Shown here piece by piece: positions 10,565-20,242 of a stretch of DNA of 32,000 nt (the first letter of the stretch is position 1; every line of letters starts with the position of its first letter). The translations under genes were made by a program, and so were the position numbers. The stretch is from Candidatus Saccharimonadota bacterium (GTDB lineage Bacteria; Pseudomonadota; Gammaproteobacteria; Enterobacterales; Enterobacteriaceae). The stretch covers positions 270,001 to 302,000 of the forward strand of contig NZ_OZ060402.1 of the NCBI RefSeq assembly GCF_964059045.1. Direction: 5' to 3'. Below the pieces are notes generated by a model, which did not search any database, was not told the DNA's origin, and was given only the letters and a program-made list of their open reading frames with translations.

Positions 10565-12025
10565 TTATAATAAAGGACTTAAAAAATAAAAAATTTTTTC
10601 TACAATTCTTTTCCAGTAAGAACGCATTAACCATTGTTTTGCATCTAATAATTTTGAATGATTAATATATTCATATTGTACAGATGCTAAATTGTTTCCA
10701 AAAATACTATCATCAATTACTAAAGTAATTTCGAAATTTAACCATAAACTTCTCATATCTAAATTTGCCGTACCAATTAAACTAAGTTGTTTATCAACTA
10801 ATATACTTTTACTGTGTAATAATCCTTTTTCAAATTGATATATTTTTACTCCAGATTCAAGTAATTCACTAAAAAAAGATCGACTGGCCCATTGTACTAA
10901 TATAGAATCATTATATTTTGGAATTATTATAATCACCTCTACTCCTCTTTGAGAAGCAGTGCAAATGGCATTTAATAGATCATCACTAGGTACTAAATAA
11001 GGTGTAGTAATAATTAATTGTTTTTGAGCAGAATATATAGCAATTAAAAATGATTGATGAATCATATGTTCAGGAAACCCTGGACCAGATGCTATAATTT
11101 GAATTGCTATATCTTTATTATTATTGTTAAATTTATGATTATCTTCTGGTATTTCAGGTAAGATTTTTTTCCCTGTTTCTAATTCCCAATCACAAGAATA
11201 TACTATTCCTATAGTAGTAGCTATTGGACCTTTTATTCTAGTCATTAAATCAATCCATTGACCTAGTCTATTTTTTTTTTTCAGTACTGTTGGATCAACT
11301 AAATTCATACTACCTATATATGTAATATAATTATCAATAAGTATTATTTTTCGGTGTTGTCTTAAATCAACTCTTTCAAAAAATGTTCTAAAAAAATTAA
11401 TTTTTAAAGCTTCTACAATATGTATACCAGCATGACGCATAATGTGAACCCATTTGCTTCTAAAAAATTCTATACTACCTGCAGAGTCTAACATTAATCT
11501 ACAAAAAATACCTCTTTTAGCAGATGATATTAATGCTTTCGCCACTTCATCTGCTAATCCGCCAGGTGTCCAAATATAAAATACCATTTCAATATTTTTT
11601 TTTGCTAAATAAATATCTTTAATTAAAATTTTTATAATATCTTTAGAGTTTGTTAATAATTGTAATTGATTATTTGTAATACCAGATAATCCTTGGCGAT
11701 TTTTGCATAATTGAAATAATGGTCCAGCAACCTTACTATTTTTGTTTTTTAAAATATTTTTATATGATTTAATTTTTTTAATCCATTGATTATTTTGATT
11801 CCAGATTTTGTTAATTAATTTTATTTTTGTTTTTCTTATATATGGTTCATCAAAACAAAACCACATAAAAATACCCAATAATGGAATTACATAAATAATT
11901 AATAACCATGTTATAGCTGAATGTCTTGTTTTATTTTTAATAAGAATTTTAATTGTAATACTAGTAATTAATAACCAATATCCTAAAAAAATTATCCAAG
12001 AAAAAAAAATATAACAATTCTTCAT
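10565..12025 (-). CDS. clsA: cardiolipin synthase A
   Basis: The 486-aa product has the same length as E. coli ClsA. It has two PLD HKD motifs (HRKIILIDN..GSMN and HSKSILVD..GTAN) and N-terminal transmembrane segments. Confidence 0.93.
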   Translation of the reverse strand: MKNCYIFFSWIIFLGYWLLITSITIKILIKNKTRHSAITWLLIIYVIPLLGIFMWFCFDEPYIRKTKIKLINKIWNQNNQWIKKIKSYKNILKNKNSKVAGPLFQLCKNRQGLSGITNNQLQLLTNSKDIIKILIKDIYLAKKNIEMVFYIWTPGGLADEVAKALISSAKRGIFCRLMLDSAGSIEFFRSKWVHIMRHAGIHIVEALKINFFRTFFERVDLRQHRKIILIDNYITYIGSMNLVDPTVLKKKNRLGQWIDLMTRIKGPIATTIGIVYSCDWELETGKKILPEIPEDNHKFNNNNKDIAIQIIASGPGFPEHMIHQSFLIAIYSAQKQLIITTPYLVPSDDLLNAICTASQRGVEVIIIIPKYNDSILVQWASRSFFSELLESGVKIYQFEKGLLHSKSILVDKQLSLIGTANLDMRSLWLNFEITLVIDDSIFGNNLASVQYEYINHSKLLDAKQWLMRSYWKRIVEKIFYFLSPLL

Positions 12026-12534
12026 TCAATATATTTCCTATTGTTTTTTTATTAAAATATTAACTATAAAAAAATTATTAATATAAATTATATAATTGAT
12101 ATACATTAATCAATCTGTATTGTTTTTAAAATAAATAAAATAAAAATTAACAAGATAATATTTTATGTATAAACATCAGATTTATTTTTTTTGATATATT
12201 TAAAAAAATAATACATAAAAAAAATTATAGAAAATTATCTAAATAAAATAATAAAATTATATATTTTATAATTATTTTAAACAAATAATTAATAATAAGG
12301 TAATTTTTTAAAAAATATTAGTATTTTTAGATATTAATTTTCTTATATATAGAATATTGAATATACTAGTACAATAATAATTAATTATATTTTTACTAAA
12401 AATATATGAATTAATATTCATTAATAACTAAATATCAGTTATTAATTTTTTGTTATATTTAAGGTAGTTTTTATTATTTATAAAAAATTTATTTAATTTT
12501 AATCAATTAAATTATCTTGTATAATACAAAAATA

Positions 12535-12933
12535 TTATTTTTTAGATAATAATTTTGGTTCTCCATTTTCATCAATGGCTACATAAATAAAAACAGCTTC
12601 TGTAGCACGATAAAAATAACCTATAGGTACAGAAGTAATTTTTTTAATCCAAACTTCAACATGAATAGTAATTGAACTATTTCCAATTTTAATACATTTA
12701 GCATAACATCCAACAACATCACCTACATTTACTGGTTTTAAAAATACCATACCATTTACACTAACTGTTACTACTCTTCCTTTCGCTATTTCTTTCGCTA
12801 AAATAGCTCCCCCCATATCCATTTGGGACATAATCCAACCTCCAAAGATATCCCCATGAGCATTAGTATCTTTAGGCATTGCTAGTGTTCTTAATACCAT
12901 TTCACCTTGAGGCATTTGTTGTTTATTTTTCAT
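12535..12933 (-). CDS. yciA: acyl-CoA thioesterase YciA (hotdog fold)
   Basis: The 132-aa product has the same length as E. coli YciA, with conserved LRTLAMP.DTNA.GDIFGGW.MSQMD. Confidence 0.9.
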   Translation of the reverse strand: MKNKQQMPQGEMVLRTLAMPKDTNAHGDIFGGWIMSQMDMGGAILAKEIAKGRVVTVSVNGMVFLKPVNVGDVVGCYAKCIKIGNSSITIHVEVWIKKITSVPIGYFYRATEAVFIYVAIDENGEPKLLSKK

Positions 12934-12985
12934 AATTATGATCTCATTAAAATGATAATAAAATATTTTGTAATATAAAAAAATT

Positions 12986-13512
12986 TTATTTATTATTTTT
13001 ATAATATATATATATTATATTTATTAAAATAAACAACATTGTAATTACTGATAATCCTAATGTCTTAAAATATATCCAACAAATTTCTGAACAATAATAT
13101 GCTATATATAAATTTAAAATGCTACAAATAAGAAAAAATATTGACCATGATATATTTAATTTTTCCCATTCTACATCAGATAAATGTATTTCTTGATTTA
13201 AAATAATTTGTAATAATGTTTTTTTTTTTTAAATTGATGTATTAATAGTATTAATGATAATGCAAAATATACAATTGTAACTTTCCATTTTATAAATAAA
13301 GAATTATGAAAAAAAATAGTTAAAAAACCAAATAAAAAAATTGATAAAAAACTAATTAAATTTATATAATCGATTTTTTTATAAAAAATATAATTTGTAA
13401 AAAAAAATATTCCTGAACTAATCATTAATAACATTGTAGCTATAAAAATATTAAATATATGATAAATAATAAAAAATACTAACATAGAAAAAATATTTAA
13501 TAATATTTTCAT
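12986..13512 (-). pseudogene. yciB: yciB (intracellular septation protein A family) interrupted by a 1-nt frameshift inside an A12 tract
   Basis: The N-terminal 104-aa ORF (13198..13512) matches E. coli YciB residues 1-~100 (FIKWKVT). The adjacent frame is open from the tract to TAA at 12986-12988. It encodes the C-terminal half (…WEKLNISWSIFFLICSILNLYIAY…FKTLGLSVITMLF…), matching …[24 protein letters not shown]…[13 protein letters not shown]…. Confidence 0.85.
13219..13230 (-). repeat. homopolymer: T12 on the plus strand = A12 in yciB mRNA sense; frameshift site
   Basis: Counted directly: g at 13218, twelve t at 13219-13230, a at 13231. Confidence 0.95.
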
Positions 13513-13543
13513 TTTTTTGATATCCTAAAATTAGAAATATTAT

Positions 13544-14281
13544 TTAATTATGAGTTAACATATAAAAACGATATAAATAAATAATAAGAATACTAGATAT
13601 AAAATTATTAAAAATGTTATGTAATAAAAATGATAAACTAGTAGGAAAATTACTAAATAAAACAATAATCATCATGGATATAAGAATTTTACTTACCATC
13701 CATATTATTATTGCTGGTGATATAGTGTATATTTTGTCTTTTATTAAATTAATACTAATAAATATTGAATTAATAATTTTTTGTTTTTCAATAATTAAAA
13801 CAATAGGAGATAATGCTAATATAATAGATCCAATAATTCCAGGCAATATAAAACACACAAATCCTATTTGAATAATAATAGATAATATTAATAATAGTGA
13901 GAATAAGGATGGAAATAATGGTGTTAGTTGTTTGATCGATTGTTTGATTTTTATTTTTTTTTGTTGAGATGTTATTTGAATAAATAGAATCAAAGAACCA
14001 AAAAGAAATGTATTACCTATTAAATAAGCAATATTTCTAAAAATTGATATTTTAAATAATATTTTTTTTTGTGCTATGGTCATATTTTTAATTATTTCAA
14101 ATAAATTATCGGTGTCATAATTCATGTATATTTTTGATATTGAACAAATATTTGGTGTAATAATATGATCAATTATAGTACTGATGAAAGCACTAAAAAA
14201 TATTATTAATAAGATAGGTTGTATGTTTTTTATCAAAAAATTACAAGTGTCACGGTATAACGATATTGCCGTGATAAACAT
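13544..14281 (-). CDS. yciC: inner membrane protein YciC (UPF0259)
   Basis: The 245-aa polytopic membrane protein is close to E. coli YciC (247 aa). It sits in the conserved position between yciB and trpA. The call rests on synteny and length more than on motifs. Confidence 0.75.
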   Translation of the reverse strand: MFITAISLYRDTCNFLIKNIQPILLIIFFSAFISTIIDHIITPNICSISKIYMNYDTDNLFEIIKNMTIAQKKILFKISIFRNIAYLIGNTFLFGSLILFIQITSQQKKIKIKQSIKQLTPLFPSLFSLLLILSIIIQIGFVCFILPGIIGSIILALSPIVLIIEKQKIINSIFISINLIKDKIYTISPAIIIWMVSKILISMMIIVLFSNFPTSLSFLLHNIFNNFISSILIIYLYRFYMLTHN

Positions 14282-14510
14282 AAATATTCCTTATGTAATA
14301 ATTATAATTTCAATAATATAATTAATATGTATAAATAATTTTATATATAAAAATTATAAAATATGAATATATAATTTGATTATATATTTTTAAAATTAAA
14401 ATTAATATATGATAGTAATTAAAAATATTTTTTATAAAAATATAATGAATCATATTTTATTAATTATCTTAAGATAAATTAATTGAAAATAATAATCATT
14501 ATGAATAGTA

Positions 14511-15320
14511 TTATATTTTTCTAGTAGCATTCTTTAATTTAATTAATACTAATTTTAATTGATTAAATAATTTTTGTTCATCAATATAATTTTTTTCTAT
14601 AATTTTGATAAAAACAGATCCGCAAATAACTCCTGACACTCCAGATGAAATTATATTTTTTATTTGTTGATCATTATAAATTCCAAATCCTTGTATTAAT
14701 GGTATTGATGTTTGTTTTTTTAAATCCATAATTAATTGATTAATTGAAATAGAATTTTTGTTATGCATTCCAGTAATACCAGAACGAGATAATAAATATA
14801 TATAACTTTTGGAACGATTACAAATTTTATTAATTAATGTAGAATCAGCATTAGGAGGACAAATAAAAATTGGACTAATTTTGTTTTTTTTTGATTCAAT
14901 TATAAACATTTCATGTTCTTCAATAGGAACATCAACTAATAATATTGAATCAATTTTAATTTCTTGACATCTTAAGTAAAAATTTTTTATACCATTTTGT
15001 AATACTAAATTTGAATATAGTAGTAATCCAATGGGTATTTGAGTATATTTTTCTCTGATTTTTTGTAACATTAAAAAACATTTTGATGTTGTCATACCAT
15101 TTTTTAAAGCACGAAAATTGGCACGTTGTATAATAGGACCATCCGCTAATGGATCTGAAAATGGCATTCCTAATTCTAAAGCGTCTGCACCATTTTGAAT
15201 TAATATATCAATTATCTTTAATGAAAGATTAATTGTTGGATCTCCAAGTACTACAAATGGTATGAATGCTCTTTCTTTAAGTAAATTTAAATTATAGAAT
15301 AATTTTTTATAAAGTGTCAT
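14511..15320 (-). CDS. trpA: tryptophan synthase alpha chain
   Basis: The N-terminus [28 protein letters not shown] parallels E. coli [28 protein letters not shown]. The product is 269 aa. Its start overlaps the trpB 3' end by 14 nt. Confidence 0.95.
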   Translation of the reverse strand: MTLYKKLFYNLNLLKERAFIPFVVLGDPTINLSLKIIDILIQNGADALELGMPFSDPLADGPIIQRANFRALKNGMTTSKCFLMLQKIREKYTQIPIGLLLYSNLVLQNGIKNFYLRCQEIKIDSILLVDVPIEEHEMFIIESKKNKISPIFICPPNADSTLINKICNRSKSYIYLLSRSGITGMHNKNSISINQLIMDLKKQTSIPLIQGFGIYNDQQIKNIISSGVSGVICGSVFIKIIEKNYIDEQKLFNQLKLVLIKLKNATRKI

Positions 15321-16512
15321 AAAATATTTCCTTATTATTGTCTAAAATATTTTTTACTGTAAGAATGTCCTTATCCCCCCTACCAGATAAATTCACAATC
15401 AAAATTTGTTTTTTATCATGATTTTGATTCATGATTTTTAATGCATATGATAATGCATGAGATGATTCTAAAGCAGGTATAATACCCTCTTTTTTACAAA
15501 GTAGTTGAAAACTAGATAATGCTTCATGATCATTCACGGTTACATAAGATACTCGTCCAGTTTTTTGCAACCATGCATGTTGAGGGCCTACTGATGGAAA
15601 ATCTAATCCTGCTGATATAGACCAGGATTCTTTAATTTGACCTTCATCATTTTGTAATAGTTTAGATTTCATTCCAAAATATATACCAGTTTTCCCTTTA
15701 CATAAAGTAGCCCCATGTTTTTGAGTATTTAATCCTAATCCACCTGGTTCTACTCCAATTAGCTTTACAGATTCATCATTTAAAAATTCATTAAAAATAC
15801 CAATTGCATTAGATCCTCCTCCAACGCAAGCTAAAACTATATTTGGTAATATACCTTCTTGTTTTAAAATTTGTTTTTTTGTTTCGATACCAATAATTTT
15901 TTGAAATTCTCTTACTATAGTAGGATATGGATGAGGTCCGGCTGCAGTACCCAACATATAATATGTAGAATCATAATTTTCAGACCAATCTCTTAAAGCT
16001 TCGTTACAGGCATCTTTTAGACTACATGATCCATTATTTACAGAAATAACTGTCGCTCCTAATAATTTCATTCTAAAAACATTTTGTGATTGTCTTATAA
16101 TATCTTTTTCTCCCATATAAATTCGACATTTAAGACCTAATAATGAACAAATCATTGCAGTGGCAACACCATGTTGACCAGCTCCTGTTTCTGCTATAAT
16201 TGTTTTTTTTTTCATTCTTATTGCTAATAATGCTTGTCCAATAACTTGATTAGTTTTATGTGCTCCTCCATGTAGTAAATCTTCTCTTTTTAAATAAATT
16301 TTAGTTTGAGTGCCTTGTGTTAAATTTTTACATAAAGTTAAAGCTGTTGGTCTACCGGCATAATTAATTAATAAATTAGATAACAATTTATTAAATTCAA
16401 CATCATTTAATGCTTTAACAAATTCTTCTTCTAATTTTTTAAGCGGGATTACTAAAATTTGAGGAACATACATCCCACCAAATTCACCAAAATAAGCATT
16501 TAATATAGTCAT
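15307..16512 (-). CDS. trpB: tryptophan synthase beta chain
   Basis: The 401-aa product carries the PLP-lysine motif [11 protein letters not shown] and the GGGSNAIG motif. Confidence 0.97.
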   Translation of the reverse strand: MTILNAYFGEFGGMYVPQILVIPLKKLEEEFVKALNDVEFNKLLSNLLINYAGRPTALTLCKNLTQGTQTKIYLKREDLLHGGAHKTNQVIGQALLAIRMKKKTIIAETGAGQHGVATAMICSLLGLKCRIYMGEKDIIRQSQNVFRMKLLGATVISVNNGSCSLKDACNEALRDWSENYDSTYYMLGTAAGPHPYPTIVREFQKIIGIETKKQILKQEGILPNIVLACVGGGSNAIGIFNEFLNDESVKLIGVEPGGLGLNTQKHGATLCKGKTGIYFGMKSKLLQNDEGQIKESWSISAGLDFPSVGPQHAWLQKTGRVSYVTVNDHEALSSFQLLCKKEGIIPALESSHALSYALKIMNQNHDKKQILIVNLSGRGDKDILTVKNILDNNKEIFYDTL

Positions 16513-16545
16513 CTTTACCTCAATAATAATTTTAATTGTATTGCA

Positions 16546-17913
16546 TTATTTATAATAACGAAGTATATGAAAAATATTTTTAATTTTTTCTTTGTCTTTC
16601 ACACCAGGTTTTTTTTCTACACCAGAGTTAAAATCTAGCCCAACACAACCGATTTTAGATGCATTAAAACAATTTTGTTCATTTAACCCACCAGCTAGTA
16701 AAACTTTTTTTAAACAAGAATTTTTTAATAATGACCAATCAAATGTTTTACCTGTTCCTCCTCCATTTTTATTATCAAATAGATAATAATTAACATTTTT
16801 CCAATTGTATTGAGGTATGTTTTTGTCAATATAAAAAGCTTTCCAAATTTGAGTATTTTTTGGAATGATTTTTAATAAATTATTTATGTATTCTTGATTT
16901 TCACTACCATGTAGTTGAATACCATACAATTGTAAATCATTGATTTTATAATTAATATTAATAATAGGTTCATTACAAAAGACACCAATATATTTTAATT
17001 TTACTTGTTCTACAATTTTTTTTGCAATTTTGTCATGAATATATCTAGTTGAATTTTTAAAAAAAATTAAACCACCATAAATAGCACCATAATATTCAGC
17101 TGTTTGGGCATCTTGTAATCTAGTTAATCCGCAAATTTTATTTTTCCCTACCATAATACTTTTAATAGATTCTTCTAAATTATTAGACAACATTAAAGAA
17201 GAACCAATTAAGAATCCATTAACTAAATCACTTAATTCTCTGACTTGATTATAGTTTGATATTCCGGATTCAGAAATAATAGTAATATTTTTTGGAATTG
17301 ATATTGCTAATTTTCGAGTATAATCTAAATTAATTGTTAGATCATGCAAATTACGATTGTTGATTCCTATAACTTTAGCTTTTAAATAAATAGCACGGTC
17401 TACTTCATTTTGATTATTGACTTCAGTTAAGATTCCCATTTTCATGCTTTGAGCAATCTCAGACAATATTACATATTGTTGATCTGATAATACTGATAAC
17501 ATTAATATAATTGCATCTGCTTGATAATAACGAGCTAAATATATTTGATATGGATCGATAAAAAAATCTTTACATAATATTGGTTGATGTAAAATTGATC
17601 TACATTGAGTAATATTTTGAAAATCACCATGAAAATAATGTTGATCTGTTAAAATTGAAACAACAGAAGCATAATGCTTGTATGTATTAGCTATTTGTTT
17701 TATATTAAATTTTTTATTAAGTAAACCAAGAGATGGAGAGTATTTTTTACATTCAAAAATAAATGCAGGTTTATTTTTTTTTAAAGCAAGATAAAAATCT
17801 TTATTTGTAACTGTTATTTTATTTTTAAAAGACAACAATGGTTCTTCAACTTTTTTTTTATCTAACCATATTTTTTTATTTATTATGATTTTTTGTAAAA
17901 AAGTTTTTTTCAT
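16546..17913 (-). CDS. trpC: bifunctional indole-3-glycerol-phosphate synthase / phosphoribosylanthranilate isomerase
   Basis: The 455-aa length is typical of the fused enterobacterial TrpC(F). The IGPS N-domain and PRAI C-domain (KICGLT...) are both present. Confidence 0.95.
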   Translation of the reverse strand: MKKTFLQKIIINKKIWLDKKKVEEPLLSFKNKITVTNKDFYLALKKNKPAFIFECKKYSPSLGLLNKKFNIKQIANTYKHYASVVSILTDQHYFHGDFQNITQCRSILHQPILCKDFFIDPYQIYLARYYQADAIILMLSVLSDQQYVILSEIAQSMKMGILTEVNNQNEVDRAIYLKAKVIGINNRNLHDLTINLDYTRKLAISIPKNITIISESGISNYNQVRELSDLVNGFLIGSSLMLSNNLEESIKSIMVGKNKICGLTRLQDAQTAEYYGAIYGGLIFFKNSTRYIHDKIAKKIVEQVKLKYIGVFCNEPIININYKINDLQLYGIQLHGSENQEYINNLLKIIPKNTQIWKAFYIDKNIPQYNWKNVNYYLFDNKNGGGTGKTFDWSLLKNSCLKKVLLAGGLNEQNCFNASKIGCVGLDFNSGVEKKPGVKDKEKIKNIFHILRYYK

Positions 17914-17915
17914 AA

Positions 17916-18917
17916 TTATCCTCTTTTGTTAGAAATTTTTTTAATATATTGATCAATTTTCCCACTTGTAATAATAGACAATGCATATTCAGTATTTTCT
18001 TTTAAGTCTTCATTTCCAAATATTTTAAGTAACATGGCTACATTAATTGCTATAGTTTGCATATGAGTAATATTTCCATTACCTTCCAATAAATTTTTCA
18101 TCGATTCTGAATCATTTGAAAAAGAAATATTTTTAAATAAATGTTGTTTATTATTTTTAATTCCAAAACTTTCTGCAGTTAGTTGGTAAGAAATAATTTT
18201 GTTATGATTGAGTTCTACAACTTCAGTAATTCCATTTAATGTAACTTCATCGGTTCCATTACTATGTATTACTATTGCACGATCATAATTTAATAATTTT
18301 AATGCTTTAGCCATCGTTAACAATAGTGTTTTTTTATAAACACCGACAACAATTAAAGATGGTTTGGCTGGATTTAATAATGGAGCAATAATATTAAAAA
18401 AAGTTGTCGTTGATAATACTTTACGTACTGACATAGCATATTGAAATCCAGTATGATATTTAGTAGCCAGTAAAAAACAAATATTATATATATCTAATAT
18501 ATTTTTTGATTGCAATGATGACAAATCAGTACTAATTTCAAAATATTTTAAAAAATCTGCAGACCCTGATTTGCTAGAAATACTATTATTACAATGTTTA
18601 ATGATTTTTATACCTGATATTGCAGCAACAATAGCGCTAATAGTAGATATATTAATTGTATATTGACAATCTCCTCCAGTACCCACAATATCAGCAAAAA
18701 TATAATTTGGTTTAGGAAACAATTCACATTTTTTTAAAAATATTTTTACTGCTCCAACAATTTCTTCAGCAGTAATATTTCTAACTTTCATTGCAGTTAA
18801 AATGGCGCTGAGCTGTATATTGTTTATCTTTCCTTCTATAAAATTACTAAATAAATGATAACTTTCATATTCTGTTAAAGATGATAATTGATATAATTTG
18901 TTTAAAATTTTTTTCAT
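17916..18917 (-). CDS. trpD: anthranilate phosphoribosyltransferase (transferase domain only, no fused glutamine amidotransferase)
   Basis: The 333-aa product carries the DIVGTGGD motif. E. coli TrpD is a longer TrpG-TrpD fusion. The stop lies 2 nt from the trpC ATG. Confidence 0.93.
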   Translation of the reverse strand: MKKILNKLYQLSSLTEYESYHLFSNFIEGKINNIQLSAILTAMKVRNITAEEIVGAVKIFLKKCELFPKPNYIFADIVGTGGDCQYTINISTISAIVAAISGIKIIKHCNNSISSKSGSADFLKYFEISTDLSSLQSKNILDIYNICFLLATKYHTGFQYAMSVRKVLSTTTFFNIIAPLLNPAKPSLIVVGVYKKTLLLTMAKALKLLNYDRAIVIHSNGTDEVTLNGITEVVELNHNKIISYQLTAESFGIKNNKQHLFKNISFSNDSESMKNLLEGNGNITHMQTIAINVAMLLKIFGNEDLKENTEYALSIITSGKIDQYIKKISNKRG

Positions 18918-19223
18918 GTGTAGATCTTTTTTAAAATTGTTAGAATGAAAAAATATAAAAAATAACTATAAGTAAACTTAGTATTATAATACTAGATTTT
19001 TCTTTTAAACAATAAAATTAATTTATATTAAAGAATTTTTATAGTTATCGTTAAAAGATAACTATCTTGCAAAGATTTGCATATTTAAAAGATAGTTATA
19101 ATATATATTAATTAAATACCAAAAATCATTATTAACAATAATTTTATAAGATTTGTTTATTAATATAAATTAATATATATCTTATATCTATATTCAAAAA
19201 TGATTGTTTATTGTGAGGGGGTT

Positions 19224-20117
19224 ATGATCAATAAAGTCATGATCTGTATTTTATTTTTAATTGTATCTATTACTTGGGGGACTACTTGGATTGCTATGAA
19301 AATAGCATTAATGACTATTCCTCCTTTATTTGTCACGTCAGTAAGATTTTTAATTACTGCTTTGATCTTGATGTTAATAGGATTATTAACAGGAAAACCA
19401 CTCTTATTTCCTCCTGGTAAAAAAAAATTTCAATTAATAATGTGTATATTTTATTTTTTATTACCATTTACTCTTATGTTATATGGCGGTGCACATGTTA
19501 GTTCATCATTAGCATCAATCATTTTTTCAACTATGCCAGTTTTAATATTTTTATTTTCATACTTAATTATGAAAGAAAAAATTTGTATAATTAAAGTAGT
19601 TGGTTTAATTATATCTTTATCGTCATTATTAATGATATTATTAAGTCAAATAAATGTTAGTTCTATAAATCAATTGAAAGGAATAATAGCATTATTATTA
19701 GCTTTAATTAGTCATGCTTTAATTTATTCTAAATCTAAAAAAGAATTTTCTAGTTTATCTATTTTTACTTTAAATACTTTACCATCTTTTTTTTCAGGAA
19801 TAATATTATTATTGTTTTCTATAATATTTGAAAAACCAAATTTAATACATTTTTCTAAAGAATCTATGTTTGCTATATTGTATTTAGGTAATATTTCTGG
19901 AGTTTTTGGTATATTAGCATATTTTTATCTTCAAACAAAAATTAGTATTTTTAAAGCATCAATTATATTTCTTATTTTTCCTTTTATTTCTATTTTTTTA
20001 GAATATATTTTTTTTGGTTCTGTAGTTTCTATGAATATTCTTTTTATGTTTATTATATTAGTCTTAGGTATTTTGTTAACTTTGTTGCCTTGCAAATGTC
20101 AAAAAAAAAAAATATAG
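19224..20117 (+). CDS. yedA: EamA-domain drug/metabolite (DMT) family transporter, YedA-like
   Basis: It is a polytopic membrane protein. WGTTWIAMKIAL..IPPLFVTSVRFL resembles E. coli YedA WGSTYFVIRIGV..WPPLMMAGVRFL. I prefer ATG 19224, preceded by gaggggg (19214-19220), over ORF-track ATG 19200. Confidence 0.8.
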   Translation: MINKVMICILFLIVSITWGTTWIAMKIALMTIPPLFVTSVRFLITALILMLIGLLTGKPLLFPPGKKKFQLIMCIFYFLLPFTLMLYGGAHVSSSLASIIFSTMPVLIFLFSYLIMKEKICIIKVVGLIISLSSLLMILLSQINVSSINQLKGIIALLLALISHALIYSKSKKEFSSLSIFTLNTLPSFFSGIILLLFSIIFEKPNLIHFSKESMFAILYLGNISGVFGILAYFYLQTKISIFKASIIFLIFPFISIFLEYIFFGSVVSMNILFMFIILVLGILLTLLPCKCQKKKI

Positions 20118-20242
20118 TATTGGATAATAATTTTTATTATTCTTAATATTAAATTATATTAATTACATTTTTTGATTGTTATATTTATTGATTTTTTATT
20201 CATGGTATTAAGTACATAAAATACATATTTTTATATATAAAA

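Noticed and set aside
12420-12451. Perfect 10-bp hairpin (attaataact / agttattaat, 7-nt loop) followed by a T run, terminator-like on the plus strand in the cls-yciA spacer
   Set aside because: Both flanking genes are on the minus strand, where the hairpin lacks a trailing U tract. Perfect 10-bp inverted repeats are expected a few times by chance here.
13614-13871. 85-aa plus-strand ORF antisense to yciC
   Set aside because: It is a shadow ORF of a membrane-protein gene. Its I/L/N-rich composition is what this base composition predicts, and it has no start context.
16592-16786. 64-aa plus-strand ORF antisense to trpC
   Set aside because: It is a short shadow ORF inside a conserved gene, with no independent support.
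18979-18994. 16-bp palindrome tagtattataatacta as a TrpR-type trp operator (it contains ACTAG, as the E. coli operator does)
   Set aside because: Several 16-bp perfect palindromes are expected by chance in 32 kb at this composition, and the resemblance to the operator is partial. It is kept only as part of the spacer description.
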